A stretch of DNA of 64,000 nucleotides from an uncultured cyanobacterium (GCA_963740315.1 CAVUDP010000001.1:96001-160000); one strand, 5' to 3'. Counted from the stretch's first letter, positions 11,157 through 23,193 are shown. A program made the numbers and translations. The notes: generated by a model not told the origin, from the sequence alone.

Positions 11157-12365
11157 ATGCAAACCAATTTAGTTAAGCGCGTCGCAGACAATGTTTCTGT
11201 AGTCGCAGGTAGAGTAAAAGGTCGTCTCGAAAGACGGCGCATGGTTTCACTGCAACCAAATAAACCAGCCATTGGAAACGTACTTCTTTCCTACGTTGTG
11301 AATCCATTTACTTTGAAACCGGGCGAGGCGGTCCCAACTTACCATACCCAGCATTGGGAATGCTTGCAAATGGCTAAAACTTTTTTAGACTTCGGCTATA
11401 ACGTCGATGTTATATGGTTTTATAACGATGTATTTATTCCGAAAAAAGATTATGATTTTTTCGTGGAGACACGTTGGAATTTGCAACGATGCGTACCATT
11501 TTTAAATAAGGATTGTGTAAAAATATTTCATTCCGATACAGCGCATATTTTATTTCATAATGCAGCTGAAGCAAACAGATTACTAGAATTGCAGCAAAGA
11601 CGGGGCATTACTTTAAGTCCTAAAAGATTCGAGCCACCAAACTTAGCCATGGAATACGCCGATTGCGCTACAGTTCTTGGTAACGAGTTTACGATGAATA
11701 CATTTAAGTACGCGAATAAGCCACTGTATCGAGTTCCTATTTCTGCTCCAACACTTTATCCTTTTCCTAAAGATAAAGATTTTGCAGGTTGCCGTAAAAA
11801 CTTCCTTTGGTTTGGTAGCGCTGGTTTCGTTCATAAGGGATTAGATTTACTTTTAGATGCCTTTTCCCAAATGCCAGATTATCATTTAACTATTTGCGGA
11901 CCAATTAATAAAGAAAAAGACTTTGAAACAGCTTTTTATAAAGAACTTTATCAAACTCCTAACATTCATACAGTTGGTTGGGTTGATGTTACCTCTCAAA
12001 AGTTTTTAGATATCGTTAACAGTTGTTTGGCTATTGTCTATCCTTCTTGTTCCGAAGGTGGCGGTGGATGCGTTATCAACTGTATGCATACAGGTCTAAT
12101 TCCGATTGTGAGTTATGAATCTAGTGTAGATGTCAGCGATAATTATGGCGTTATTTTGAAAGAAAATTCTGTCGAAGAAATCAAGCAAACTATTCAGAAT
12201 ATTTCAGAATTAAATACATCGCAACTCGAACAAATGGCTAAGAACTCTTGGAACTTTGTTAGAGAAAACCATACTAGAGAAAACTTTACCAAAGTCTACA
12301 AGGAAACAATTGAAAAAATTATCGTGCAATACAGTAAAAATCAAAAGTTATTAACCTATGTCTAA
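11157..12365 (+). CDS. Glycosyltransferase family 4
   Basis: HKGLDLLLDAF, YPSCSEG, GT-B C-terminal features. Confidence 0.85.
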   Translation: MQTNLVKRVADNVSVVAGRVKGRLERRRMVSLQPNKPAIGNVLLSYVVNPFTLKPGEAVPTYHTQHWECLQMAKTFLDFGYNVDVIWFYNDVFIPKKDYDFFVETRWNLQRCVPFLNKDCVKIFHSDTAHILFHNAAEANRLLELQQRRGITLSPKRFEPPNLAMEYADCATVLGNEFTMNTFKYANKPLYRVPISAPTLYPFPKDKDFAGCRKNFLWFGSAGFVHKGLDLLLDAFSQMPDYHLTICGPINKEKDFETAFYKELYQTPNIHTVGWVDVTSQKFLDIVNSCLAIVYPSCSEGGGGCVINCMHTGLIPIVSYESSVDVSDNYGVILKENSVEEIKQTIQNISELNTSQLEQMAKNSWNFVRENHTRENFTKVYKETIEKIIVQYSKNQKLLTYV

Positions 12366-13119
12366 CTCTTTAAATCAATTACGAATTAATTTCGGAGCCG
12401 CCGTCAGAGATACAAACTACAACGTACTCTACAATTGGCTTTTACGTTTTAAAAGCAAACCAATAGAGGCAAATAAAAAACGAGCAATAGTCTTTTCTCC
12501 CCACCAAGATGACGAAACTATAGGCTGCGGAGGGATGATTGCTCTCAAACGTTCTCAAGGAATACCAGTAAAAGTTGTATTTCTCACAGATGGACGTTTC
12601 GGCAGCAAACCAGATTGGGTTAAACCGGAAAACGTTATCCAATATCGCCAAGAAGAAGCGAATAATGCTCTAAATACTTTGGGAATCGAAACATCACACA
12701 GGCAATTCCTTGGCGAAACTGATGGTTCGTTAGCTCAATTATCCCCAGAAAAGCGAAACTTACTAATTGCTCAATTAATTGAAATTATCCAATCCTTTGA
12801 ACCCCAAGAAGTTTACGTTCCACACCATCACGATGGACATCCAGATCATGAAGCAACTTACTCTTTAGTTCGGAGTGCCATTGAAACCTTACAAATGGAC
12901 ATAGAACTTTTGCAGTATCCGATTTGGATGCTGTGGCGAAGTCCCCTGTCTAAAAATGAATATTTGCAGAAAAATACTAATGCTTACCGATTATTTCTGG
13001 GTGATTTTAAAGAGAAAAAGCAGCAAGCAATTGCCAGCTATAAATCACAAACCCCGAATTTGCCTACCAGCTTTAAGCAAGCAATATTTTCACCTTACGA
13101 AATGTTTTTCAAAGATTAG
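12358..13119 (+). CDS. PIG-L/LmbE family deacetylase
   Basis: SPHQDDE, LTDG, DGHPDH, YKSQ; overlaps the previous stop. Confidence 0.9.
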   Translation: MSNSLNQLRINFGAAVRDTNYNVLYNWLLRFKSKPIEANKKRAIVFSPHQDDETIGCGGMIALKRSQGIPVKVVFLTDGRFGSKPDWVKPENVIQYRQEEANNALNTLGIETSHRQFLGETDGSLAQLSPEKRNLLIAQLIEIIQSFEPQEVYVPHHHDGHPDHEATYSLVRSAIETLQMDIELLQYPIWMLWRSPLSKNEYLQKNTNAYRLFLGDFKEKKQQAIASYKSQTPNLPTSFKQAIFSPYEMFFKD

Positions 13120-13252
13120 ATATATGTAGAAAAAATTAAATTTAAATAATTTGTTCAACGAAAAATAATATTGTAAACCATCGATGTATTATTAATGAAA
13201 TTAACACTTAAAATATTGTCTACAGTCGAACTGTAATTTCATAGGAAAAACA

Positions 13253-14362
13253 ATGAAAATTGCTTTAGTTCATGATTATTTAACCCAACGAGGTGGTGCG
13301 GAACGAGTATTTGAATTACTTTGTAAACGCTTTCCGAACGCGGATATTTTTACATCATTGTATGATGCTCAAAAAACGATTGACTTAGGCGAGCGAATAG
13401 TTAACACCACTTATTTACAGCAGATCCCCGGTGCCGCCAAATACTTTCGGTTGATGGCTCCCTTTTATTTTCCTGCCTTTCGCGCTTTAGACTTACAAGA
13501 ATATGATTTAATTATTAGTAGCAGCACTAGTTTCGCCAAGGCAGTCCGAAAAAGCCCAAAGGCACGACACGTTTGTTTTTGTCATAATGTCACCCGTTTT
13601 CTGTGGGATACGGAAACTTACTTGAGAGAATATGCTGACTATCAGTATTTTGCCCCGTTAATTGAAAAAGTTTTTCAGTTGATGAGAAATGTAGACCTGA
13701 GTTATGCACAAGAACCAGACCTTTATATTGCCAATTCTAGTGTTGTTGCGCGGCGTATCAAAAGCATCTATGGCAAAAAAGCAATAGTTATTAACTATCC
13801 AATTGATACCAGTAAGTTTGTTTATTCAGATTCTAAAGATGACTATTTTCTTGCATCCGCAAGAATGATCGGTTACAAACGACTTGATATAATAGTAGAG
13901 GCTTTTAACTGGCTGGGATGGCATCTAAAAATATCAGGTGACGGTCCGGAGAAAGAACGCTTACAATCGAAAGCATTAAAGAATATCGAATTTGTAGGTC
14001 ACGTATCCGATTTAGAACGTACCCAGTTATTTGCTAAAGCAAAATCTGTTATAGTTGCAGCCTTAGAAGACTATGGATTGGTTCCGGTAGAAGCAAACGC
14101 TAGTGGAACTCCAGTAGTTGCCTTCGGAGCCGGAGGAGTTTTAGATACTCAAATACCTGGTAAAACAGGAGTATTTTTCAAGAGGCAAACGCCCGACTCC
14201 CTCTCTACTGCATTATTGGAAGCCAGGGAAATCTATTGGAATTACGAAAACATCCGCAATCACGCTGTAGCGAATTTTTCAGAAGAAGCATTTTTTAGTA
14301 AGGTCGAGAAAGTCATCGACCAAACTAATAGTTTACAGCAATCGCAGTCCCTGATTTGTTAG
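13253..14362 (+). CDS. Glycosyltransferase family 4 (mannosyltransferase-like)
   Basis: ALVHDYLTQRGGAERV, EDYGLVPVEANASGTPV. Confidence 0.92.
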   Translation: MKIALVHDYLTQRGGAERVFELLCKRFPNADIFTSLYDAQKTIDLGERIVNTTYLQQIPGAAKYFRLMAPFYFPAFRALDLQEYDLIISSSTSFAKAVRKSPKARHVCFCHNVTRFLWDTETYLREYADYQYFAPLIEKVFQLMRNVDLSYAQEPDLYIANSSVVARRIKSIYGKKAIVINYPIDTSKFVYSDSKDDYFLASARMIGYKRLDIIVEAFNWLGWHLKISGDGPEKERLQSKALKNIEFVGHVSDLERTQLFAKAKSVIVAALEDYGLVPVEANASGTPVVAFGAGGVLDTQIPGKTGVFFKRQTPDSLSTALLEAREIYWNYENIRNHAVANFSEEAFFSKVEKVIDQTNSLQQSQSLIC

Positions 14363-14378
14363 CCGAGGAAATAAAAAA

Positions 14379-16613
14379 GTGATGCAAACCAGTCTAAGTC
14401 CCCATGTAAATCCAGCTGCTGATTCAGAACCGGGTTACGGGCAGCTGTTTGCGGTATTAATCCGGCGATTTCCTTGGTTCTTGATAGTATTTATGGCTTC
14501 ATTAGGTGCGGGTTATTTTGTATACAGAAGGACTCCGCCTACTTACAAAAGTTCGATGGAACTGTTAGTAGAGCAAAACTATCAAGGAAAAGCAGAAGGA
14601 GCTGGGCTAGAGAAAAATGAGTTTACCGACTCTAATGTGAAGATAGATACCGCTACTCAATTAAATTTGATGGCTAGTTCTTCACTTATCAAACAAGCAG
14701 TTGAAAAACTAAAGCCCGAATACCCGCAAATTAGCGTAAAAGAGATAAAAAGTTCTTTGGCTTTAAAGCAATTAAGGTCAAAAGAGGATGACGTTGCGAC
14801 TAAAATTTTTCAAGTTGAGTATACAGGTTTTGACCCGCTAAAAACTCAAAGAATATTAGAATCCATACGGTCCGTTTATCTTGACTACAACGAAGAACAA
14901 CAGAAAAAGCGTTTAAGAAGTGGTTTGAGAGTTATTAGGGAACAGAAGAAAAAGGTAACAGATGATTTAAACCAAGCCGAAGCACAGTTATTAAGGTTTC
15001 GTAACTCTCAAAGTTTAACAGACCCCCAAACACAAGCTCAAGCTTATGAAAATGCTTTAAATAACACTCAACAAGAACGACGTACAACTCACAATGAATA
15101 TAAAGAAGCTCAAGCACGCCTAAGATCGTTACAACAACAATTAAAACGCACTCCCCAAAAAGCACTTGTCTCTTCTCGGTTGAGTCAGTCCACTCGCTAC
15201 CAGTCCCTACTTAACGAGATTCAAACAACCGAACTGGCGATCGCGCAAGCAAATTTGCGTTTTACAGCCGAACATCCCGAAGTGTTAAAGCTTAAAGAAC
15301 AGCTTACAGAACAAAAGCAGCTACTACAACAAGAAGTAGGGCGAGCTTTGGGAGGAAGTAACGTAGATACAAGTAGTATAGATTCTAGTGACTTACTCAA
15401 TCAAGGGCAGCTTTCTCAGACAGACCTTAATCTTGCTAGCAGCTTAGTAGAGACGCAAACCAACCTCCTTGCTTTAGCCGCACGCGACCAAAGTTTGGCA
15501 GAAAAAGAAGAGCAACTAAGTAAAGAACTGAAAAAATTTCCGCTTTTGCTAGCTCAGTATAATCGCTTACAACCTCAAGTAGACCGCAGTCGAAAACGCT
15601 TGCAGGAACTATTGACAGCAGAGCAAGAAGTAGAACAAGAACTGGACAAAGGCGGATTTAACTGGGAAGTAGTAGAAGAACCCCAACCAGGAAATTACTT
15701 AGGTCCAAACCTGCAACAGAACTTGTTGTTAGGTGGAGTAGTTGGTTTAATGTTAGGGGGTATTGCGGCTTTTGCTAGGGAAGCAGCAGATGATGCAGTT
15801 CGTACTACCGCTGAATTAGAGAAGCAATTTGCCATACCGCTTTTAGGAACAACTCCTAAATTACCTGCCGCCAAAACTAAAGAATCGGTATTTAAACTAC
15901 CTTTTGGTAAGCCAGAAGTTCTTGCTCCTTGGACAATTCAGGTATTACAATCGCCACCGCGTTGGGAATCCCTCGACCTAATTTATAAAAATATAGAATT
16001 GCTAAATTCTGTTTCTGCCTTCAAATCATTAATGATAACTTCGGCGTTACCCGATGAAGGTAAATCAGCTTTGGCTTTGGGTTTGGCGATGAGTGCTGCT
16101 CGTTTACATAAAAAGGTATTATTAATTGATGCCAATTTACGGGACCCTAGCGTACACACACATTTAAATCTTCCTAACGAACAAGGACTTACTACCTTAT
16201 TAACAAGCGATGTAGCTTTGCCCAATCAAATAACGCTTCAATCTTCAGGTTCATCTTACATAGATATTTTAACCGCAGGACCAGTTCCAGAAGACCCTGC
16301 GAATCTACTAAGTTCTCCTCGTATGGAAGAATTAATGGGTGCATTTGAAGAAAACTACGATCTAGTCATTTTGGATGCTTCTTCAGTCCTCGGATTGGTA
16401 GATGCTTTAATTACCGCATCAACTTGTCGTGGCGTAATTATGGTAGCAAGTATTGGTAGGGTAACTCGCACCCAAATTGCACAAGCTACAGGTATGCTCG
16501 GTAAATTAAATTTACTTGGGGTTGTTGCAAATGGAGTATCAAACACTAACTATAGTTATGTCCCCAATGTCAAGCAACAGCAACTGGCATTGAGAGGAGC
16601 CGTGGAAGAATAG
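14379..16613 (+). CDS. Wzc/GumC polysaccharide co-polymerase with BY-kinase domain
   Basis: Two TM segments flanking coiled coil; ITSALPDEGKS Walker A, LLIDANLR. Confidence 0.9.
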   Translation: MMQTSLSPHVNPAADSEPGYGQLFAVLIRRFPWFLIVFMASLGAGYFVYRRTPPTYKSSMELLVEQNYQGKAEGAGLEKNEFTDSNVKIDTATQLNLMASSSLIKQAVEKLKPEYPQISVKEIKSSLALKQLRSKEDDVATKIFQVEYTGFDPLKTQRILESIRSVYLDYNEEQQKKRLRSGLRVIREQKKKVTDDLNQAEAQLLRFRNSQSLTDPQTQAQAYENALNNTQQERRTTHNEYKEAQARLRSLQQQLKRTPQKALVSSRLSQSTRYQSLLNEIQTTELAIAQANLRFTAEHPEVLKLKEQLTEQKQLLQQEVGRALGGSNVDTSSIDSSDLLNQGQLSQTDLNLASSLVETQTNLLALAARDQSLAEKEEQLSKELKKFPLLLAQYNRLQPQVDRSRKRLQELLTAEQEVEQELDKGGFNWEVVEEPQPGNYLGPNLQQNLLLGGVVGLMLGGIAAFAREAADDAVRTTAELEKQFAIPLLGTTPKLPAAKTKESVFKLPFGKPEVLAPWTIQVLQSPPRWESLDLIYKNIELLNSVSAFKSLMITSALPDEGKSALALGLAMSAARLHKKVLLIDANLRDPSVHTHLNLPNEQGLTTLLTSDVALPNQITLQSSGSSYIDILTAGPVPEDPANLLSSPRMEELMGAFEENYDLVILDASSVLGLVDALITASTCRGVIMVASIGRVTRTQIAQATGMLGKLNLLGVVANGVSNTNYSYVPNVKQQQLALRGAVEE

Positions 16614-17530
16614 ATATTTATCAATGCTCTCGATAGCTTTGGAACAGGGTGAACAAATAATTTAATCATAAAAAATTTTAATGAGGCAGCGTTTTTATAA
16701 GAGCGTATGCCTTTTATTTATGAAGAAGGACAGTTATTGAAGAACCCCTTACCTAAAGGATTTAATCCGAGTTTTAAGGCACCCTAGAGGGCGTATCGTA
16801 CAGTTCAAAACTTGATTTGTGAAGTATTTGTAAACAAGAAGGATTTTTGAAGCTCACACTTAATTACGTTGCGTATCTCATATTAAACACTTATCAAGCT
16901 TTAGATAATGCCGGGTGGTAATAATACGGTTTAACTAATTAACTATTAAATATTTAAACAGACACGTTTTTACTTGCATTTTTATAAAATTTGCATGATA
17001 TTTAACGGCATATATATGAACTTTACGTGAATACCCGCTTATATTTAGTTTTTTTAGGTAAAAGCGCTGATAAATATAAAAGCGGATTAAAACCTTAAAT
17101 AAAAATTATGTTACAATCACTTAAAATTTTACCAGAATATACTTATTAAGTGTTATGCAAATAGAATTCATAATACCTTAATAATAAGTAGAAGAAAGCA
17201 GTTAATATTTGAAGAGTAAATAAAGAATCTATTTTATATAACGTTATTCGCATCGTTTCCTATATCCTATTTATTGAATACCGTTGTAAAAAGAAAAGGC
17301 AAAAGTGAAGTTTTGTAGATTTACCTGTAATCTCACACAATTTTCAACATACATCTTTAAAGATATTATGAGCGGTATGTAATTCTCGCAACGGGTCTTT
17401 TTTCTATTCATTATTAGAAGCGGGTTATTTCCTTTGATTGGGAGTGAAGGCAATGATTACGGATACTATAGGTATTTTCCCACGTTGTATATAAGACAAT
17501 CTGTCTACCACTCTATTAATTAAAATTGAT

Positions 17531-18331
17531 ATGACAATCTCAATAGTTCCAACTTTAGACAATAGCCTTACTGTATCTGAATCTAATAGTTCAACTTACT
17601 GCACCCTTCAATGGCGACGCAATCAACTATTAGTTAAAACGAACGGTACGATTAAGCAGCCTTGTATGCCTTTATTAGATACCCACGAATCTTTAAAGGA
17701 ATGCCTAAAACATTCTTCCGTTGAGTTAGTTCGTATAGATCCCAATTTAGGCGAAGAAAAAGTAAAGCTTTGGGCAAATGCTTGTATGTCCGTTTCTATG
17801 CCAATATATTTACGGATAAGTGCCGCTCAAAAACAGCCAAAGCCAACTACCTTGTTATGGTGGTTGAAGCGTTTAAGTGAGTGGGCGATCGCCCTGGTGG
17901 TTCTACTAGTGGTAAGTCCACTAATGTTAATGTTGACTGTATTAATGAGAATTGATGCCCAAGCACCATTGTTTGAACATTCCTGGTACGTTGGTGAAAG
18001 AGGTAAATTATTTAAATTAATCAAGTATCGTACCTTCTCTGTAAATCAACAAAACGATCGCCGAAGTCTAAATACAGAAAAAGCATCATCCAAGACTACA
18101 CAACTTGCTCGCTGGATGCGTAAATACGGTTTGGATAACTTACCGCAGTTGTTGAATGTAATCCGAGGTGAAATGGGCTTATTTGGTTCCCGTTGCTGGA
18201 CTTTGGAAGATGCGGTTAAGCTAACTCCGGAAAACCAAAAACAATTGAATAATCTACCCGGAATTATGAGTTCGTGGGAAGTAGAGGCAGAAGAATCGAA
18301 TATATTACATTTGGATAGCCAAACATCGTAG
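17531..18331 (+). CDS. hepC: Heterocyst development sugar transferase HepC
   Basis: YCTLQWRR N-terminus, bacterial sugar transferase motif LDNLPQLLNVIRGEM; directly upstream of hepA. Confidence 0.85.
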   Translation: MTISIVPTLDNSLTVSESNSSTYCTLQWRRNQLLVKTNGTIKQPCMPLLDTHESLKECLKHSSVELVRIDPNLGEEKVKLWANACMSVSMPIYLRISAAQKQPKPTTLLWWLKRLSEWAIALVVLLVVSPLMLMLTVLMRIDAQAPLFEHSWYVGERGKLFKLIKYRTFSVNQQNDRRSLNTEKASSKTTQLARWMRKYGLDNLPQLLNVIRGEMGLFGSRCWTLEDAVKLTPENQKQLNNLPGIMSSWEVEAEESNILHLDSQTS

Positions 18332-18563
18332 TGAACGTGCTGCCTATCAAATTAATATTATTCATGGTTAACCTTCCTTGTGCGTAAAAAAAACGATAAT
18401 TGCCAGCACTTATAAAAACTGTATTTGACCTTTAGTGTTGGCATTGTACCTGGAAGCAAATAATCCAAAAACCTTTACACTGTTTTAAGTAAAAAATAAT
18501 TGCAATATGAACCAATAATCAATACTTTATTCACCCGAACTCTACCACTTTTAAAAAATATAT

Positions 18564-20403
18564 ATGCGTTCTAAAATATACGAAGCATTGGGGACTATAC
18601 TTAAAACCACCAACTTCTGGCAGGATAACTATTTAGTACTGCGAGAATTTAAACATTTTCGTAAGGTTACTATTTTAGCTTTGGTTTTTTCGATCCTAGC
18701 AGCAACGTTTGAAGGTTTTAGTATTGGCTTCCTGCTAACTTTCTTACAAAGTTTGACAGGTGGAGCCGATGCAGAACCGATTCAAACTGGTATCGCTTGG
18801 TTTGATATTTGGATATTAGGAGTCAAGACTTCTGCCACAAGTCGGTTATATAGAATATCAATATTAATTTTATTAAGTACTTGGCTGCGTTCCGCATTCG
18901 ATTACTTTAGTTCAATCTACACGGAATCGGCACAGCTGCATCTTGCAGACCGTTTACGTAAACGGATGTTTGAACATTTACAAGCATTACCGCTAAGTTA
19001 CTTTGTTAAAACTCGTTCTGGCGAACTGATAAATACAATAACCACCGAAATCGAAAGATTGAAGCAGGGCTTCGGTGGTGTTGCTTTCCTGATCACTAGA
19101 GGAATGGCAGTTGCTGTTTATTTTATCTCGATGTTTTTGATCTCATGGGAGCTTTCGATTGTTTCAGTGTTGCTGTTTGCGCTTTTAGGAGTGGGACTTT
19201 CAACGCTTAATGCTCGCGTTCGAGAATCGAGCTTCGGGATTTCTAATGCTAACGGTCTTTCATTCAACAGCCACGGAGTTTATTAACGGTATCCGCACGG
19301 TTCACGCATCGGGTACCCAAGAATTTGAACGTCAGCGTTTTTATAGCGTTAGCAGTCAATTACTTGATGCTTCCATAAAAGTTGTCAGGGCTTGGACTCT
19401 GGTAAAACCAATCGCTTCGGCTATTGCAACTACTACTATTATCGGTTTAATTATTCTTTCGTTTGCAGTATTTACCTTACCAGTTGAGTCTTTACTAACA
19501 TTTTTCTTTGTTATGACTCGTCTTGTTCCTAGCATTCAGGATATCAATGGAACAGTCGCATTCATGAGTACCTTGAACGGTTCTTTAGATAATGTTAAAA
19601 AACTGTTACAAAGCGAAGATCGAGCTTACTTCCAGAACGGTTCTATTGAGTTTACACGGTTAAACCGTTCTATTGACATAGTATCTGCTGATTTTGGCTA
19701 CGAACCTAGCAATCTTGTGTTGCACGGTATTACTCTTACCATTGAAAAGGGAAAGACAACTGCTTTGGTAGGAGCATCTGGTGCAGGAAAAACAACCCTT
19801 GCAGACTTGATCCCTCGATTTTACGACCCAACCGAAGGTCATATTTATATTGATGGAGTAGATTTAAGGGATTTTGACATCTACTCCCTGCGGAAAAATA
19901 TGGCAGTTGTCAGTCAAGATACATTTATCTTCAATACTTCAGTTTGGAATAACATTGCTTACGGTACAGAGAATGCTACCGAAGCAGAAATCAAAGAGGC
20001 TGCTCGTCTTGCTAATGCACTGGAATTTATCGAAGATATGCCTCAAGGTTTTGACACCCAACTTGGCGATCGCGGAGTTAGGTTGTCTGGAGGGCAAAGA
20101 CAGCGGATAGCTATAGCACGTGCATTACTTCGCGATCCCCAAATTTTGATTTTGGATGAAGCCACCAGCGCTTTAGATTCTGTATCGGAACGCTTGATTC
20201 AGGAATCTCTAGAAAAACTTTCTGTAGGTAGAACGGTTATTGCAATTGCTCATAGACTCTCTACAATTGCTTCTTCAGATAAGGTGGTTGTGCTGGAGGG
20301 AGGATATATTCTTGAGCAAGGAAAATATCAAGACTTGCTGCTACAACGTGGTAAATTGTGGAAATATCATCAAATACAGAATGAAGTTGGTCAAAAAAGT
20401 TAA
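18564..20403 (+). CDS. hepA: Heterocyst ABC transporter HepA, split by a frameshift near 19255-19265
   Basis: TM domain in ORF 18564-19286 continues in ORF 19210-20403 (STATEFING..., GASGAGKT, LSGGQRQR, LDEATSALD); joined length ~612 aa. Confidence 0.88.
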
Positions 20404-20437
20404 ATAGTTAAATAGTTAAATAGTTAAATAGTTAAAT
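20398..20437. repeat. Octamer tandem repeat (AGTTAAAT)x5 overlapping the hepA stop
   Basis: Five exact copies read directly. Confidence 0.9.
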
Positions 20438-21176
20438 ACTGTTTCTTAACTTATAGAAATTACGATTATTTTAATTTAGTAGAAAATTTTATTTTTGGGC
20501 TTGTCAGCGGCAAGCCTAATTTTTTTTATGCAAAAAAAATAGAAATACGATCCGATTTCTCAGAGAGAAAATCAAATCAATTGTAACGATAAATAACGAT
20601 GAATATAGAAACGGCTAGAGAAAAATTTTTATTACACAAAACTGTATTGCCGTGGAGCTAATTAACTGATATATAGAATAGCAATATAGATGGTCTTGAC
20701 TCCCTCATTAATAGCTTTGTTCAGATGAGATTTAATTTAATTTTAAGTTATCTATAGCTTGTAAAAAAGAATATGATTTCATTTAATAGCAGCTTTATTT
20801 GCGATCGCAATTCTTAACAAGCTGTAATTCAAGTGGTTTCTTGTAATTACCGAACCTTTATTTAAAGTTTTCATAAAGAAGATTATCTATCTTGTTTTAA
20901 TTCCAAAAAATCACCTAAAATCTCTCGCCTAACATACATATATTCTGATATAACCTATTGAAAAGATACACACAGCAATTATTCGCAAATAACTTGCTTG
21001 CGTGAAAATAATAGTATCAGATAAAACTCAATATACGTACAGATTACTTTGAACAACTAAAAATTATATTTTTTAACCTTAAAAGATCGCAGTGCATGAA
21101 TTCAAAGCAGCAATAATTATGTATTAAGTAAATAATCTTACTGGCTGTAATTTAAAAAATCCTTGAAAAATAAGCT

Positions 21177-22214
21177 ATGAATCACTTTAATCCTTATCGT
21201 CCAAGCATTTTGCCAGTTTCGCCTTTATTAAAACGCCCGCTATGGTCTGTAATGATTCCTACGTACAATTGTGCGGAATACTTACGGAATACACTGAAGA
21301 GCGTTTTAGCGCAATACCCTGGTGTAGATCGAATGCAAATCGTAGTTGTTGATAATAATTCTACTCAAGATGATCCACAAGCAGTTGTAAAAGAATTGGG
21401 CGGGGGGCGTGTAGAATTTTATCGTCAGCCACGCAATGTAGGTATGATGAATAATTTTCAAACCTGTTTTGAATTATCTCGGGGAAAATTGATTCATCTA
21501 CTGTGCAGTGACGATTGCGTCAGAGAGGGATTTTATCAAAAAATGGCAGAACCTTTTGAAAAGCATCCAGAGGTAGGGGCTGCTTTTTGCCGCAGTATTG
21601 CAATTGATGAACGCAATCAATGGCAAGGTTTATCAAATTTTGAAATCCCGGCTAGTGGTATTTTACCCAAAAGCTGGCTGCACAGAATTGCCGAACTCTG
21701 CCGTATTTCCGTACCTTCCCTTGCAGTGGTGCGGCGTGAAGTTTATGAAAATTTAGGAGGATTTGACCGTCGGTGCGGTATCAGCGCAGATTGGGAGATG
21801 TGGGTAAGGATTTTTGCTCATTATCCAATGTGGTTTGAAGCAGAGCCTTTAGCTATGTGGCGAGTGCATTTAAAGTCTGCTAACAATGTTAACGCCAAAA
21901 GTGATGTTTTTATTCGGGAAAATTACAATACTGTAGAAACTATCCTTAAATCTTATATTCCTCAAGAAGCTAACCCTAAGCTTGCTCGAACCGCAAAACA
22001 GAATTGTGCTTTTCTTGCTCTAGAATTAGCAGATTATTTAATCAAAAATGACGATCTAGCTGGAGGTATGGTTCAATTGAATACAGCACTTAATTATAGT
22101 AAAACTTACAAAGTAGTTCGGTCGGCAAGTCGCATATTATTGTGGAATAGAAGCTTAGGTATTTTCAAAAAAATGCTAAAATCGGGCGAATATAGAAAAA
22201 GTATTGAGATTTAA
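21177..22214 (+). CDS. Glycosyltransferase family 2
   Basis: SVMIPTYN, VVDNNS, SDD. Confidence 0.9.
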   Translation: MNHFNPYRPSILPVSPLLKRPLWSVMIPTYNCAEYLRNTLKSVLAQYPGVDRMQIVVVDNNSTQDDPQAVVKELGGGRVEFYRQPRNVGMMNNFQTCFELSRGKLIHLLCSDDCVREGFYQKMAEPFEKHPEVGAAFCRSIAIDERNQWQGLSNFEIPASGILPKSWLHRIAELCRISVPSLAVVRREVYENLGGFDRRCGISADWEMWVRIFAHYPMWFEAEPLAMWRVHLKSANNVNAKSDVFIRENYNTVETILKSYIPQEANPKLARTAKQNCAFLALELADYLIKNDDLAGGMVQLNTALNYSKTYKVVRSASRILLWNRSLGIFKKMLKSGEYRKSIEI

Positions 22215-22218
22215 ATAT

Positions 22219-23193
22219 ATGACCGAAAATTATCCCCAAAATCAACCTTTAGTCAGTATCATTACTCCTACTTATAATCGTCCAGAATATTTGAAAGCAG
22301 CTCTAACAAGTGCCGTTGAGCAAACATATGCGAATATCGAAATAATTGTTTCTGATAATTGCAGTCCTGAAAATCCTCAGTCCATAATTGAATCTTTTAA
22401 TGATTCTAGAATCCGCTTCTTTCGCAACCAAAGCAATCTAGGAATGTTTGCGAATACTATGAATGCCTTTAAACAGGCACGAGGTAAATATGTTGCGAGT
22501 TTGCTAGACGATGATATATGGGAAAAAGACTTTTTAGCTAAACTTGTACCAGCATTAGAAGCTAATTCTAATTTAGCCTTAGCTTTCTGCGACCATTACA
22601 TTATTAAAGCAGACGGCGATATTGATATTGCTGCAACACAAAGGTGTTCCTATTTCTATAAACGCGCAAATTTAAAAGAAGGAATCTACCAACCTTTTTA
22701 CAAATTAAGCCTAATAGATAGAGCCGTTTCTACCGCAACTGCGGCTGTAATCCGCCGAGACATTATTGATTGGGATAGTATTCCAGCGGAAGTAGGTGGT
22801 TCGTGGGATATTTATTTGAATTATCTATGTTGTCGTTCTGGTTTGGGAGCTTATTACAATCCTGCTAAATTAACCCAATATCGCGAACACGAACAAACAG
22901 ACACCATGCAAAGTGGGAGACGTAATTTTCAAGCTAAAATCCGCAAAGCTAAAGCAGACCTTTTCTGTTACGAGAAGTTTATGGAAGATGAGCAATTAAA
23001 AGAACTTTATCCTCATTTTCAAAAAAAATGGGGACACACTAGTACAAATTTAGGAATCGGCTTGATGCGAGGTGAAAACTTAAGAGAAGCACGTATTAGT
23101 TTTTGCGATTCTTTACGCCGAGACTTTAGTTTTCGGACAATAGCCGCACTCATAGTAAGTTTTATTCACCCTAAAATTGCAGCTAAATTTTAG
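22219..23193 (+). CDS. Glycosyltransferase family 2
   Basis: VSIITPTYNR, SDNCS, LLDDD; ATG 22219 preferred to TTG 22204. Confidence 0.9.
   Translation: MTENYPQNQPLVSIITPTYNRPEYLKAALTSAVEQTYANIEIIVSDNCSPENPQSIIESFNDSRIRFFRNQSNLGMFANTMNAFKQARGKYVASLLDDDIWEKDFLAKLVPALEANSNLALAFCDHYIIKADGDIDIAATQRCSYFYKRANLKEGIYQPFYKLSLIDRAVSTATAAVIRRDIIDWDSIPAEVGGSWDIYLNYLCCRSGLGAYYNPAKLTQYREHEQTDTMQSGRRNFQAKIRKAKADLFCYEKFMEDEQLKELYPHFQKKWGHTSTNLGIGLMRGENLREARISFCDSLRRDFSFRTIAALIVSFIHPKIAAKF

Noticed and set aside
22204..22218. TTG start for the GT2 gene
   Set aside because: ATG 22219 lies just after the upstream stop and is more plausible.
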